A DNA stretch of 63,723 bases, counting the filler, from Nemertoderma westbladi (taxonomy: Eukaryota > Animalia > Xenacoelomorpha): assembly GCA_032718475.1 (NCBI GenBank). It is 4 parts of 4 records of this genome, joined end to end, with 100 filler letters (N's around TTAATTAATTAA, not from the genome) between each part and the next. Parts side by side here need not be neighbours in the genome. Positions count along the whole stretch, not along the records: positions 1 to 24,036 come from JAUCBJ010008005.1; 3 more parts are not named here. One strand, 5' to 3'. Below, in pieces: positions 12,825 to 24,136 of this stretch. Every line of letters starts with the position of its first letter. The stretch's first letter is position 1. The position numbers and the translations under genes are program-made. The notes below the pieces were generated by a model. The model had not been told where the DNA came from and did not search any database. It worked only from the letters and a program-made list of their open reading frames with translations.

Positions 12825-14212
12825 CAGCACATCCACAGAGTACCGGTACTACAACAGTACTACACCAGACAACTTTACTGTACTATGGACAGACAGCATT
12901 TATGACAACAGTATTTATGAATCAGTCGATAAGACAGTCAGACAGTAGGGCTACCGGTGTCACAGGCGAAAATGTCCCCCCCCCCCCCCCCCCCCCCCGC
13001 CCAGGTTGCAGAGTATGGCAAGTGCACGCACCAGTGCACGCCTCAAAAATTTGTTGTGCACGCCTGAATGACCAGTACACGCCTTAAAAATTTGTTGTGC
13101 ACGCCTGAAAAATTTATTGGCCTACAAAAATGCACGCGTAAAATATTGTCTCGTCTGACTCTGACTGCAGACTGGACTGTAGAGCAAGAATGCCAGAATG
13201 CCCGATATAACTATAAGGCAGTATAAGGTGTCCATGCCTGTTGCTCTCCCACATGGACCTGCCCACATCCTTTGCCTGTACTGTATGCTCATTCAGTCAT
13301 TAAGTCATTACTGCATTATTACTGTATATTTTTTGCCAGTAGTTATTCTTATAAGCCAGTATGGCGATTGATTAGGCCTTAATTTCATCAATTCAAGTAC
13401 AAAAACCTCGAGCGTAGCGATAAGAAAATTTTTTGTACATAAACAGAAACACATCAGCAGACTGGCAGGCAGGAGCTGGGGAAATATCTTCTCTGTGCTG
13501 GGGGGTAAGAGCGCGTAAGAAAAGGGGGAAGAGGGGGAAAGAAAAGGGGTATGGATCTATAAATAGCATCCAATGGGACGCCTCTATTTTACGACCGTTC
13601 TATACTGTAAACATACAGCTGTCTACCTTATTGAGAAGTGGTAATACTACTTAGTTGCTAAACTTACCCCCCCCCCCCCCCCCTCCACCTATCATTACAC
13701 ACCTACTGTACTTAACCATACATACCCATTCCTATATACCTACTTACACGTACCCTCCCACCCACCTAAGCACGTCGACTTAACTGCACCCACCCACCGA
13801 CCTAAGCACAACTACTTAACTGTACCCACCCTCAAGCACGTCTACTTAACCGCACCCACTGTTAGCGCTACAATTCAATTTTGCAAATAATGAGCCTAAA
13901 CTTACGACCAGCTGTATATACAAGAAACGGGCGCTAGTAACCGTTACTTGTACTCGTAGAATAATTTATTGTTGCATATAAAACTGGCGTTACTATAAAC
14001 AGATTTGAAACCCCGTATAAATAGTTCCTTTAAGTTGTGTGTCTGGACTGCTTACGTCTTTATGTCTAACTGAAAACTGTATTCATTCGAGACTTATGGA
14101 AGTCGGATTTATGAAACTGACAATCCGAGATACCGATGTCACAGGAATTAATTTTGTGCACGTATTAAAATATGTTAGTTTGCTATTAATATTAGGCGTC
14201 ATATGACAATAC

Positions 14213-14732
14213 TGTAACACACACCCCAATGCGATGAGTTGCAATACCGTACAGTCTATAGACCACCAACCTCAATGTTATTGTGCTACCAACGTTAATC
14301 AACAACGGAATGACTTGAATCCATTCTCTTTATCTTTATCGATAACATAATAATAACATAAATCGCAATAATTCAACTGATATAACAAATTAATTAATAG
14401 ACAAACAATAAATCGACATAATACGAATCAATATCACAAATTGACATCGGCAATATCACGAATTGACGTGAATATTCCGACCCACAAATCTACTAACAGC
14501 TAGTGAGCTATTAACTAATAAATCTTCAATAGTTAGGCTAACCAACTGATATAATGCTATACTATATATACTATATAGGCTGGGGCTGGTAAGCTGAATG
14601 CAAATGGGTATTAGCCAATCAGAGCTATTCTGCATGGCCCTTGCCGTATAACATAATAATTCCCTGGCAGAAGTAAATTAACAATATGGGGCGAGCCTGC
14701 AAGGTAAATGCCATACACTAGTGGCATTAACA
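14213..14732 (-). mobile_element. Putative LTR (520 bp) of an LTR retroelement remnant extending to ~16422
   Basis: Minus strand: purine tract GGGAACGG directly before TGTTAA (14732), ends ...GTGTTACA (14213), CCAAT (14615-19) and TATA run (14561-77) in U3-like order; at 16412 TGTGTTACA is followed by PBS-like GTAGCGAGTTGCGG. Confidence 0.45.
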
Positions 14733-14799
14733 CCGTTCCCGAGAGTTGAGGCTAAGTACATACTACAACTTGTAAAACAAGTTCTGCTTAATAAACAAA

Positions 14800-16100
14800 G
14801 TTTACAAATTTAACAAGTTCTTGTTAAATAAACAGAATTTACAATTCGGAAGACTCAATTCTCTTAATCTCCGCAGCAGGCTCAATCTACCTTGTTTAAC
14901 CTTCCTTCTTGACCTTTCCGACTTTAATCTGCTAACTTCGCCCTTGGTAATCATATCGAGGATGTTTGGGTAATGGGTAAGTGACTCCACCAAGGTGTCA
15001 TCTGGGAATGGGCGCAGTTCTAGAACGTCAGCAACAAGAACCTTACCAGCATATGCGCGGATAGAGGTGTTCAGCTGTTCGTTACCCGTCTGAAGTTATC
15101 GGTGCTGTCTCGCAGTAGACCGCTTCAGTAATTTCCCATACCCAATATTGGTATCTCGTCTCGGTTTTATCGGAGGTAAGTCCAACACATGTATTAATAC
15201 GGCTGCGTCGGGACTGCGAATGGTTTAGTTGTTGTCATGAACTGCTTAGGTTCATTGGAAATTAGATACATGGTCCCGATGTCGATTTGTTTTAACCTTG
15301 CGGCACTCCGTCTCCCTCAACTCGGGATGATTTCTCGAAGAAGGAATCGCCGTCTTTGGGACCTTGTTGAATTACTTTGACGATACTGTAGGACTCATTA
15401 TCATCAGGAATTGTACCATGGAGGTAATTTCGTTCGAAACAGGTGTCCATACGGTCAATGACCCTATGTTATAACTCTATGTCGGGCGACCAAACTCTTT
15501 GTTGTTCGTACAGAGTCTACTGTGTCCTATACTCGCCACCAGACTGGCAGTCAGCTCAATTTCTATGGTTTGGTTGAGCTGTTCCAACAACGCTAGAATC
15601 TCGATACATGATGTCATTCGACTCATATATGCAGTAGTCGAAAGGATCGAGAATTTCTGATTGACTTCAGATATACTGGAGACAACTGTTCCACGGATGA
15701 TGTCTCGAGTCAGTTAGAGTCTATTCATTAGATCGTGACAGTCGCCACATACACAATGGGCAGCGGTTGACGTGGAGGGGAATACTCGCTGATCTCGGGG
15801 AACTCACTTGACTGTACTCTCTAGTCAAAAGGGTCCAAATATGATAAAGGATTCGGTGATCAAGGATTGCGATTCTTGGTTCGCTCGTCAAAGAGAGTTC
15901 AAACATCTCGGTTTGTGTAAGGTAATTCGGGGAACTACAATAGTTGAACTCCCATCTGAGTTGCTCATCCATCATTTACGGCTCAGCATATCGAGATAGG
16001 GGTTGTTCGTTGGTGATCCAATTGAGAGACCATCCAATAATTCCTTCATAGCCCGAATATATCGCTCCCTTAATTCGTGATCATCTTCAATTAAATCCAT
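14800..16100 (-). pseudogene. Degenerate ORF-like internal region of the LTR remnant, product unknown
   Basis: ATG at 16100 (MDLIEDDHELRERYIRAMKELLDG...) followed by coding-like sequence broken by several stops, many TGA. Confidence 0.3.
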
Positions 16101-17965
16101 TCCGATATATATGATCCAAAGATATCAAGAGTTATAAGTGCTTGTCGAAATTGAGGTTAGCGGACGTCGCCACCTCTTCCCTTTCACCCGCAGTATGGTT
16201 TGAGTTTCTCGGGCAGTTTATTGTTTTGTTCCGCACCTTCGGATATAACTACCGATCCGGTGGCGGACAATAAACTTAAGCCGAGTCCCTCAAAACCATC
16301 CAGAGCTGCGGGCCGCTATTGATCATTGCCGGCAAGTCACAAAATATTGAGGCAAAAGCTTTAACTTTACTCGTGAGATATAAACTGTCAATAGATACCG
16401 CAACTCGCTACTGTAACACACATAGATTAGCTGAGATCAATTGTTTATTACACGGTGCGACACAAATACAAAGGTTCCGTTGATTTGGTGTTTTCCACGA
16501 TGCCGCTAATTAAATTTCATAGCTAGTTACTAATTGTATACATATTATTATCCCATTATTTGTTGTTTGACAAAAATGGAACAATAATTATGCTTTAACT
16601 TTCGAATTAATCAACTATAACTGCGGCATCTAGGAGAACGAGAATAGTTAGAGTAGTTCTCATGCATTCAAATAGAGGTAATGTCATATAACAGATTTAT
16701 ATCTTATTTATCATCTGCGACATCGGTTAAATAACGTGACATGAAATATTAATATATTTCTGTCTGATTGAAATAATTTATTTTGTTCCTTCTATTTGAA
16801 AATTTTGCAATTTAACATTTATATTAGATATAAAGACGTTAGCAATTGACGTTATTGCACACACAAATACATCTGGTTAATTCAGGGATGACTTGTGGCT
16901 TTAAATGGTCAAAATGACAACAGTATTTGACTGTTGTGAAGACTTCCCTCGTTGCACACAGGTTGAATATAAATATATCTATCCGTGAATTAATGTACAA
17001 GGAGGCCAAATTGGTTATTTTATTGGGCTGATTTTGCAATCCGTTCCCATAATTATTTAATATTTTATTTATAATACGACGTTAACAACTGATGCTTATT
17101 ATGATGTGCAAGTACATCGGATAGGTTCAACGATGCCTTGGGACATCCAAACATTCAGTTTGTCAAGGGTATAAACAATATATTTATTCATATTGTTATG
17201 TGGGGACTTCTCTTATTGTACACCGGCGAACATTAAGCCATTTATAACATAAGTTATTGTACAATAAGACCAAATGGGATATATAGATATATAGTATGTT
17301 TAGGCTAGCGGGCGTCGCTGCCTACCTCTCGTTGCCCCCGGACAGTGGGATTCTCAGCGCCGATGTACCGTCGTCGCGGTGTTTACGCCAACATGTAGCA
17401 ACAGCACGACAACGATAACCGGCACAAGTCACTCCACTATCCGTCCCAAAGGCTTGAATCCACTTTAGGTTCCTTCTATAGGAGAGTTGGGCTACTTTTA
17501 CAATTGCGACTAGCTACTGTAAACATACTTTAGCAGTAACATTCACCTATAAACGCACAAGGGGTTACACGGGGTGTTGAACAAAATTTTTACTCAGCAG
17601 TGGGAGTTTATTCCGTTCCCGTGATTTGTCATATTTTATTGACGTGCTATGGGACTTCTTTTACTGTACACTTTCAGAGAATAAGCCTATTATAGACTCG
17701 TAGATTAATGTACAATAAAGCCAAATTTATTTTGTGTCACTATTATGTAGCCTAAATATTTACATTATATTCTTACAGGTACAGCGTACATACATGATAT
17801 TCTTAGAGCGTACATACAGTATATTCTTACAGCGTAAATAAGCTAAACTTTAAGAATCTGCACTCTTTGAATTTTTAAAAAATTTTGCTATGTTAATCCG
17901 AATTTACAATAACCCGTTCCCACGATTTGATGGAATGTTATCATCACAATCGTATCCAATGTTTA

Positions 17966-20256
17966 TTAATTTGGATTAATGTGTTCAAAGGAATACAGTG
18001 TTGGTTTTTTACGACCATAATCGCCTGATTCCTCGCGGGCTATTTCCAGCAAACAGAGCCGTCCAATTGGTCTATTCAGTGTTTGAGGTACGAATTCTAA
18101 TTTCTTCTTATCCTTCTCCCTTTGTTTCTTCTTTCTCATTACGATGAGGTCGACTGATCTCACAAGTCCGTCAGCGGATGTATGGACAACTGTGACACGT
18201 CCAGTTTGCCATCGCTTCCTCGGGATATCGTCGTCGACTATTAGTACTACGTCATCAATTCGAAGGTTTTCCTGACGACTAAACCATTTGGTGCGCAGTT
18301 GGAGAGATGGTAAGTAGTGTTTCTCGAAGTGTATGGCGAATCTATTGGAAAGTAATTGCATCATCCGCCATGTTTGACGTAAGTATATATGGGAATCTTC
18401 CGAATTAGAAACAGGTACCATAACGATGGGTTTCTTCATCAGGAAGTGGGCAGGTGTCAGCGACTCCAATGACTTCGGATCAGACGAAGCAGGCATCAAT
18501 GGACGGTCGTTAATGTAAGCTGCTATTTCTTCCAGAAAGGTGCGAAGTAACTCATCTGTTAGGTATGCCCCGCATGGTATCACGTGGTGGAACGCTATTT
18601 TAACACTTCGGATCATCCGCTCCCAGCTACCTCCCCACCATGGTGCGTCAGCTGCGTTGAACGTCCAAGTTGCCGCGTTTACACGCAAGTAAGCTACAAT
18701 ACCTAGTCCAACCTTGCTCGCATCACTGAAGACATGTAACTGGTACTCATAATTAGGTAGTACATGGCCAAAGTAGGCCCGTGGTACCTTAAAGTCCTCA
18801 ATTTCTGGCAAAGTCTCCTCCCAAGCTTGCCAACGGGCCAACAACTTACCAGTCAACGGGTCATCCCAGGAATTGTTTTCTTCCCACATATCCCGAACTA
18901 TACACCTAGCCGTCAAGATAACTGGGCCAATGAAACCAATGGGATCAAAATAGGTGCTTAATATGCTAAGGCATATTCTCTTAGTACGTTTACTCTCACT
19001 TCTCACCTGTAGTTTGAATGACATTTCATCAGTTTCGGCGTTCCATCTTAAACCTAATGTCTTTGTTTCCGGTAAATCATCACGTGTCAAATCCAGATTT
19101 TTCGCACCACGGTCTTCGAATGGTATTGAGTCCAGGAACTCTCTGGAGTTGCTAGCGAACTTCGTGAGCTTGAATCCTCCTCGTTTAAGACATTCTACTG
19201 TACCTTTCGCTATGCTTATCGCCTCCTCAACGGTTGGAACAGACTTCAAGTTGTCATCCATATATATATCTTTCTTGATATTTTCTAGGACGGCGGGCGA
19301 GAAATCATGTTGGTTATCGTCCGCCGTGGTATGAACAATGAAGCATGAGTTAGATGGGCTGGAATTAATGCCAAACGCTTGTACCGTCATCCAATATTCC
19401 TTCAGAGGTTTTCTAAAGTCTCCGTCTGGCCACCAAAAAAACCGGAGGCTATCTCTGTCTACTTGTAGGGCCTTCACTTGTAAAAACATGCCTTCAATAT
19501 CTGAGGCGAAGGCGATCGAGTATTGGCGAAGGCGAATCAAGATTCCTAGAAGGGATTGCAACATGTTGGGACCAGTCATTAATTCTGAATTCAGAGACTG
19601 TCCTTTATATAGAGCTGAAGCATCAAAGACCACTCTCACAGTATCTGGCTTGTCGGGACGTTCCACATAGTGATGAGTTATATAGTATGTCCGATTTGAT
19701 TCTGGTGTCCTTGTTGGCACTTCTTCAGCATACCCTTTTGTGATGAACTTCTCCATCTGTTCCCTATACATGTGCCATGCGTTATGGTTTGCAGCCAATC
19801 GTCGCTTTAATTGTTCCACTCTCTTCTCTGCTAGAATTCTGTTGTTATGGAACTTGGGATCCCGAGAGCGCCAAAGTAAACCTATTTCATACTTACCTTC
19901 ATTCTTTAAGAATTTTGTGGTAGTCCGTTGTATGTCACGGGATCGCTCATCTTCAACAGATAAGGCTTTCTCATAAGAAGTTGGTCCCTCCCTTTCTTGT
20001 TTCATTATACTTACGAGTTGTTGCTCAGCATTATATTCAGCCTGAGCTCGCAAGATTTCACTTAATTTGTCATGTTCATCGTTAACAAAATTTCCTTGCA
20101 AAGAATTATAATTCTGCATTTGATAATTAATATACTGTTCGTCATCAATTAACTCTGTATCAGTCTCATCATTCTCTAGGTCTATGTTTTGGTCATTGTC
20201 AGTCGATAAGACATTTTCAAGTGATGAGTCATAGCTAAGAACTTCGTTTACCTTTA
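17966..20256 (-). mobile_element. BEL/Pao LTR retrotransposon pol remnant (RT, partial RNase H, integrase C-half, DUF5641-like tail)
   Basis: VRVVFDASA, SLNSELMTGP, YMDDNL, LHVFSDASKVGLG, APWWGGSWERMIRSVK, RTKW...DDVVLI...WQTGRV...DGLVRSV; frame stays open upstream to the LINE tail at 20257. Confidence 0.9.
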
Positions 20257-20835
20257 TAATAATAATAATAATAATAATATATATTTATTTATATAGCGCC
20301 AAATTTACATAATATACGTACTCTAAGGCGCTGACAACACATAGTACACAGTAATTAATAGTTCGTGACTGCAATAGCAATAGTTATGAAATAAAAAAAA
20401 AAAATCAACTAAAATAATGTAGTAATTAAAAACCAACAATAAAAACATCATAAAATATAGTAAAAACAAACAATAAAAACGATCATCGTAAATATTGTAG
20501 CATATAGTAAAAAACAAACAATAAAAAAACGATCAACGCAAGCATTCCAGTGCGGGTTAAATTAAAATGTAATTAATGGCAGAATAGAATATAATGGCAG
20601 TGATAATGAATTAAAATTAATAGTAAAAACAAACAATAAAAACAACTGTTATGGTGGACTTTTTAAGATTTAAAATATATTGATGTTAAAAACAATCGTG
20701 TATACATCCAGTACTTAAGTTAAAATTAAATTTAAAATTGAAAGTAATTAATTAAAAAATGTCAGTCGTCCATAAAAACAAATAAATAATGTTTAGTTTA
20801 GATTTAACTTCATATGCACAGCGTAATATAAGACA

Positions 20836-23800
20836 CTAGTTCACGTGGTATTCCAGATTGTACAGGTGAGTTTTTAGACGTTTCTTAAAAATGCCCACAT
20901 TCGATGATTCGCGTATGGCCGGAGGCAATGCGTTCCATACAGTTGGAGCAGCAATGGAGAACGATCGCCTACCATAATGTTCCGTATTGTAGCGAGGGGC
21001 CACGAGTAAACCCAGCCCGCTGGATCGCATCTCGCGGATGGGTAGGTACGGAGTTAGTAAGTCGCTTAGATACTTCGGGGCACAGTTATTTACGCATTTC
21101 CAAGTTAGCAAGGCAATTTTAAAGTCTATACGGCGAACTATAGGTAACCAGTGCAATGCTTTTAGGGTTGGAGTTATATGGTCCCTCTTCTTTACACCAC
21201 ATAGAAGTCGAGCCGCGGAGTTTTGAACGTACTGTAGTTTCTGAATGGATTTTTTTGGCAGACCGTAGTAGAGAGAATTATTGGCGTCAAGCTTTGATGT
21301 TACAAGTGCGTGTATAAGTATTTCCATGTTTTGTTTGTTGACGTATCGCTTTATCTTTGAAAGATTCCTTAAATGGAAGAATGCCTCACGAACGGTGATT
21401 CCTATTTGCTTGCACATTGTAAGCCGAGAGTCTAATTCGAACCCGATATTGCGAACGTTTGGGCTGCACGATATTATGTCGCTCCCAATGGTCAGTACTG
21501 GGGGGTCCTGCTGGATGCCGAACCTGGACTGCAATAACAGGACTTTAGTTTTATCGGAATTCATTTTTAAGTAGTTTTTATCCATCCACTCCAGCACATC
21601 CACGAGGCAACTCTCAGTTACTTTTACAGCGCTGTTTAATTCAATTGGCTTGAAAATCAAATATAATTGGGTATCATCCGCGTAGAAATGACAATGTAGA
21701 CCATGCCGCTTTATTACAGCTGATAGTGAACGCGTGTATACCGTAAACAGAATCGGACCCAATACCGAACCCTGTGGTAGTCCATAGCGGAGGTGCTTTG
21801 CGATGGAATATGTATTCCCAATACGCACCTGTTGCGAGCGCTCCGATAGATATGATACGAACCATTTAAGGGCGACGCCATCAATGCCAATATCGTGTTT
21901 AAGTATCTGCAATAGTTTGCTATGTTCAACCGTGTCGAATGCCGCGCTTAAATCAAGTGTGATAAACAAACACACCGAACCATCGTCAATTCCACGAAGT
22001 ACCGTATCAGCAACAGATAACAAAGCAGTTTCCGTACCGTGTAATGGGCGGTAGGCACTCTGGTAGGGTTCATGCAGACCGTTCAGATTCATGTGGTGCT
22101 TTAACTGCTCTACCACCACCTTCTCAGTTAATTTGGAAATGTACAGTAAGTTCGAAACCGGTCTAAAGTGATTGAGTATTTCCGGGTCTAATCGCAATTT
22201 CTTTAGTATTGGTGTGAGAATTGCTTCTTTGAAACGCGAAGCCACAGTTCCAGTTCGTAAAGATAAGTTAATTATCAATGTAATGACCATCAATAGTGGT
22301 TTTAAGGACATCTTTAGTATGCTGGTTGGAATCGGGTCACGTGGACTTGATTTTGACTTCGAGTCGCTTATCAGTTTTTCAACGCCGTCGCTCGTTACGT
22401 CACAAAATTTGTGAAGGACCGGTGCTGGAGGCGTCCCGGACGGCGCGGGAGGCACCCTGGACGGTGCGGGAGGCGTCCCGGACGGCGCCCCGGATGGTGC
22501 AGGAGGTACCCTGGTCGGAGCGAGAGGCGCCCTGGATGACGTGGGAGGCGTCCCTGACGGTCCTTGAGGCGTCCCGGACGGCGCGGGAGGCGTACCAGAT
22601 GGCCTGGGAGGCGACCCGCATGGCGTGGGTGTAGGCACCCCGGATGGCGCGGGCAGCACCCCAGACGGCGAGGGAGGCGTCCCGGATGGCGTGGGAGGCA
22701 TCCCGGATGGCCTGGGAGGCGACCCGCATGGCGTGGGTGGAGGCACCCCGGACGGCGCGGGCAGCACCCCAGACGGCGAGGGAGGCGTCCCAGGTGGCGT
22801 GGGAGGCGTCCCGGATGGCGTCCCGGATGACGTCCCATTGTGGTTTAGACCATCTCGAATAGATTTAATCTTATTATCGAAGTAGTTTACAAATCTGTTA
22901 GCTAATTCCAATTCAGAATTATGTCTCGGTAATATAACCTTATTTCCTCTGTGTAAAACTTTATTGACGACTTTAAATAGTGTTTTTAGGTCCTCTGAAT
23001 TGTTCTTGATTATCCCGCTATAATATTGTTCCTTAGCCGTTGAGATGGCCGCCGCTACCTTGTAACATTGGTTTCTGTATTCCAAGAGGTCAACATGCAG
23101 TTTCGTTGTCCGATATTTGCGCTCCAATCGGCGTCTAGTTCTCTTCTCATTGGCTATTGACTCGGTATACCATGGTGCCATTGGACGCTCAATTACTGTC
23201 TTCGTTACCAATGGTGCATGTCTATCCAGTAGTGATAATAGTGTTTTGTCATAGAGTTCTACCAGTTGGTCAACGTCATGCGGTAGTGGGTTTAAACATA
23301 ATGCTGATGTTTCGATATCTGAAATCAAGTTGCCCATGTTTATACGGCTCAGTTTCCTGTGCGAAATAATCTTTTTTACCGCAATAGGTTTTGGTAGTGA
23401 TATATCAAAACATATTAAGTAGTGATCCGAGATACCGATGTCACACACCCGTATATCCTTAATTATATCGATATCGTCTTTGTGCATCAACACCAAATCT
23501 AAAGTGTGTCCTTTGCGGTGTGTTGCCTCATGTAATAATTGTTCCATGCCAAAACAGTTCACAACATCTAAGAAACTTGCAGATTCCTTATTTGTTGAAT
23601 CATCCACCCAGAAGTTAAAATCTCCCATAATAATTAATTTCCCCGTTGCCACCATAAGTTGTTGCAGTATATCACTAAATTCCTCAAGGAACATCGATGT
23701 ATTTAGTTTGTTTACTGTTGAGGGATAAGTACGGTACAGAATTAACAGGCGGAAGTAGGCACCAAGCTGCGTTAGTGTCAATTCAATATATTCGAAAGAT

Positions 23801-24036
23801 CGATATGTAGCTCGTACGATCTTGAATGGTTCCATATCCAAACTGCCCTTGTAAGCGCAGCCAACTCCACCACCTGATGTCCATGTTCTGGGTTCGTGTG
23901 CGAATTTAAATCCAGCAGGGCACGTTTCCTCCACGACAGAGTCATCCTCATCCTTGCCTGTCAGCCATGTCTCCGTAAGAGCAAGTATGTCAATATTCAA
24001 GTCGACTATATAATCCTTAATTATTGCAGCCTTATT
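20836..24036 (-). CDS. LINE ORF2: APE endonuclease + reverse transcriptase (5' partial)
   Basis: DILALTETWL, MGDFN, HRKGHTLDLV, ISDHY (APE); FRPVSNL, LDLSAAFDTV, GLPQGSVLGPILF, YADDTQLY (RT); open frame over 1050 codons up to the gap. Confidence 0.92.
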   Translation of the reverse strand, partial: NKAAIIKDYIVDLNIDILALTETWLTGKDEDDSVVEETCPAGFKFAHEPRTWTSGGGVGCAYKGSLDMEPFKIVRATYRSFEYIELTLTQLGAYFRLLILYRTYPSTVNKLNTSMFLEEFSDILQQLMVATGKLIIMGDFNFWVDDSTNKESASFLDVVNCFGMEQLLHEATHRKGHTLDLVLMHKDDIDIIKDIRVCDIGISDHYLICFDISLPKPIAVKKIISHRKLSRINMGNLISDIETSALCLNPLPHDVDQLVELYDKTLLSLLDRHAPLVTKTVIERPMAPWYTESIANEKRTRRRLERKYRTTKLHVDLLEYRNQCYKVAAAISTAKEQYYSGIIKNNSEDLKTLFKVVNKVLHRGNKVILPRHNSELELANRFVNYFDNKIKSIRDGLNHNGTSSGTPSGTPPTPPGTPPSPSGVLPAPSGVPPPTPCGSPPRPSGMPPTPSGTPPSPSGVLPAPSGVPTPTPCGSPPRPSGTPPAPSGTPQGPSGTPPTSSRAPLAPTRVPPAPSGAPSGTPPAPSRVPPAPSGTPPAPVLHKFCDVTSDGVEKLISDSKSKSSPRDPIPTSILKMSLKPLLMVITLIINLSLRTGTVASRFKEAILTPILKKLRLDPEILNHFRPVSNLLYISKLTEKVVVEQLKHHMNLNGLHEPYQSAYRPLHGTETALLSVADTVLRGIDDGSVCLFITLDLSAAFDTVEHSKLLQILKHDIGIDGVALKWFVSYLSERSQQVRIGNTYSIAKHLRYGLPQGSVLGPILFTVYTRSLSAVIKRHGLHCHFYADDTQLYLIFKPIELNSAVKVTESCLVDVLEWMDKNYLKMNSDKTKVLLLQSRFGIQQDPPVLTIGSDIISCSPNVRNIGFELDSRLTMCKQIGITVREAFFHLRNLSKIKRYVNKQNMEILIHALVTSKLDANNSLYYGLPKKSIQKLQYVQNSAARLLCGVKKRDHITPTLKALHWLPIVRRIDFKIALLTWKCVNNCAPKYLSDLLTPYLPIREMRSSGLGLLVAPRYNTEHYGRRSFSIAAPTVWNALPPAIRESSNVGIFKKRLKTHLYNLEYHVN
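22425..22835. repeat. GC-rich ~21-bp minisatellite in frame within LINE ORF2 (PPAPSGT-like repeats)
   Basis: Unit GACGGCGCGGGAGGCGTCCCG with variants; translated as a Pro/Ser/Gly-rich tract. Confidence 0.9.
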
Positions 24037-24136
24037 NNNNNNNNNNNNNNNNNNNNNNNNNNNNNNNNNNNNNNNNNNNNTTAATTAATTAANNNNNNNN
24101 NNNNNNNNNNNNNNNNNNNNNNNNNNNNNNNNNNNN
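24037..24136. other. Assembly gap/spacer
   Basis: N44-TTAATTAATTAA-N44. Confidence 0.98.

Larger units (their letters stand above)
20257..24036 (-). mobile_element. L2-clade LINE: near-complete ORF2, 3' UTR and (TTA)n tail; 5' end lost at gap; inserted into BEL pol
   Basis: 3' end on minus strand AGCGCC...GGCGCTATATAAATAAA followed by (TTA)n, the L2-type stem-loop and tail. Confidence 0.85.

Noticed and set aside
24081-24092. TTAATTAATTAA as a biological motif
   Set aside because: Identical copy centred in each N run; assembly linker
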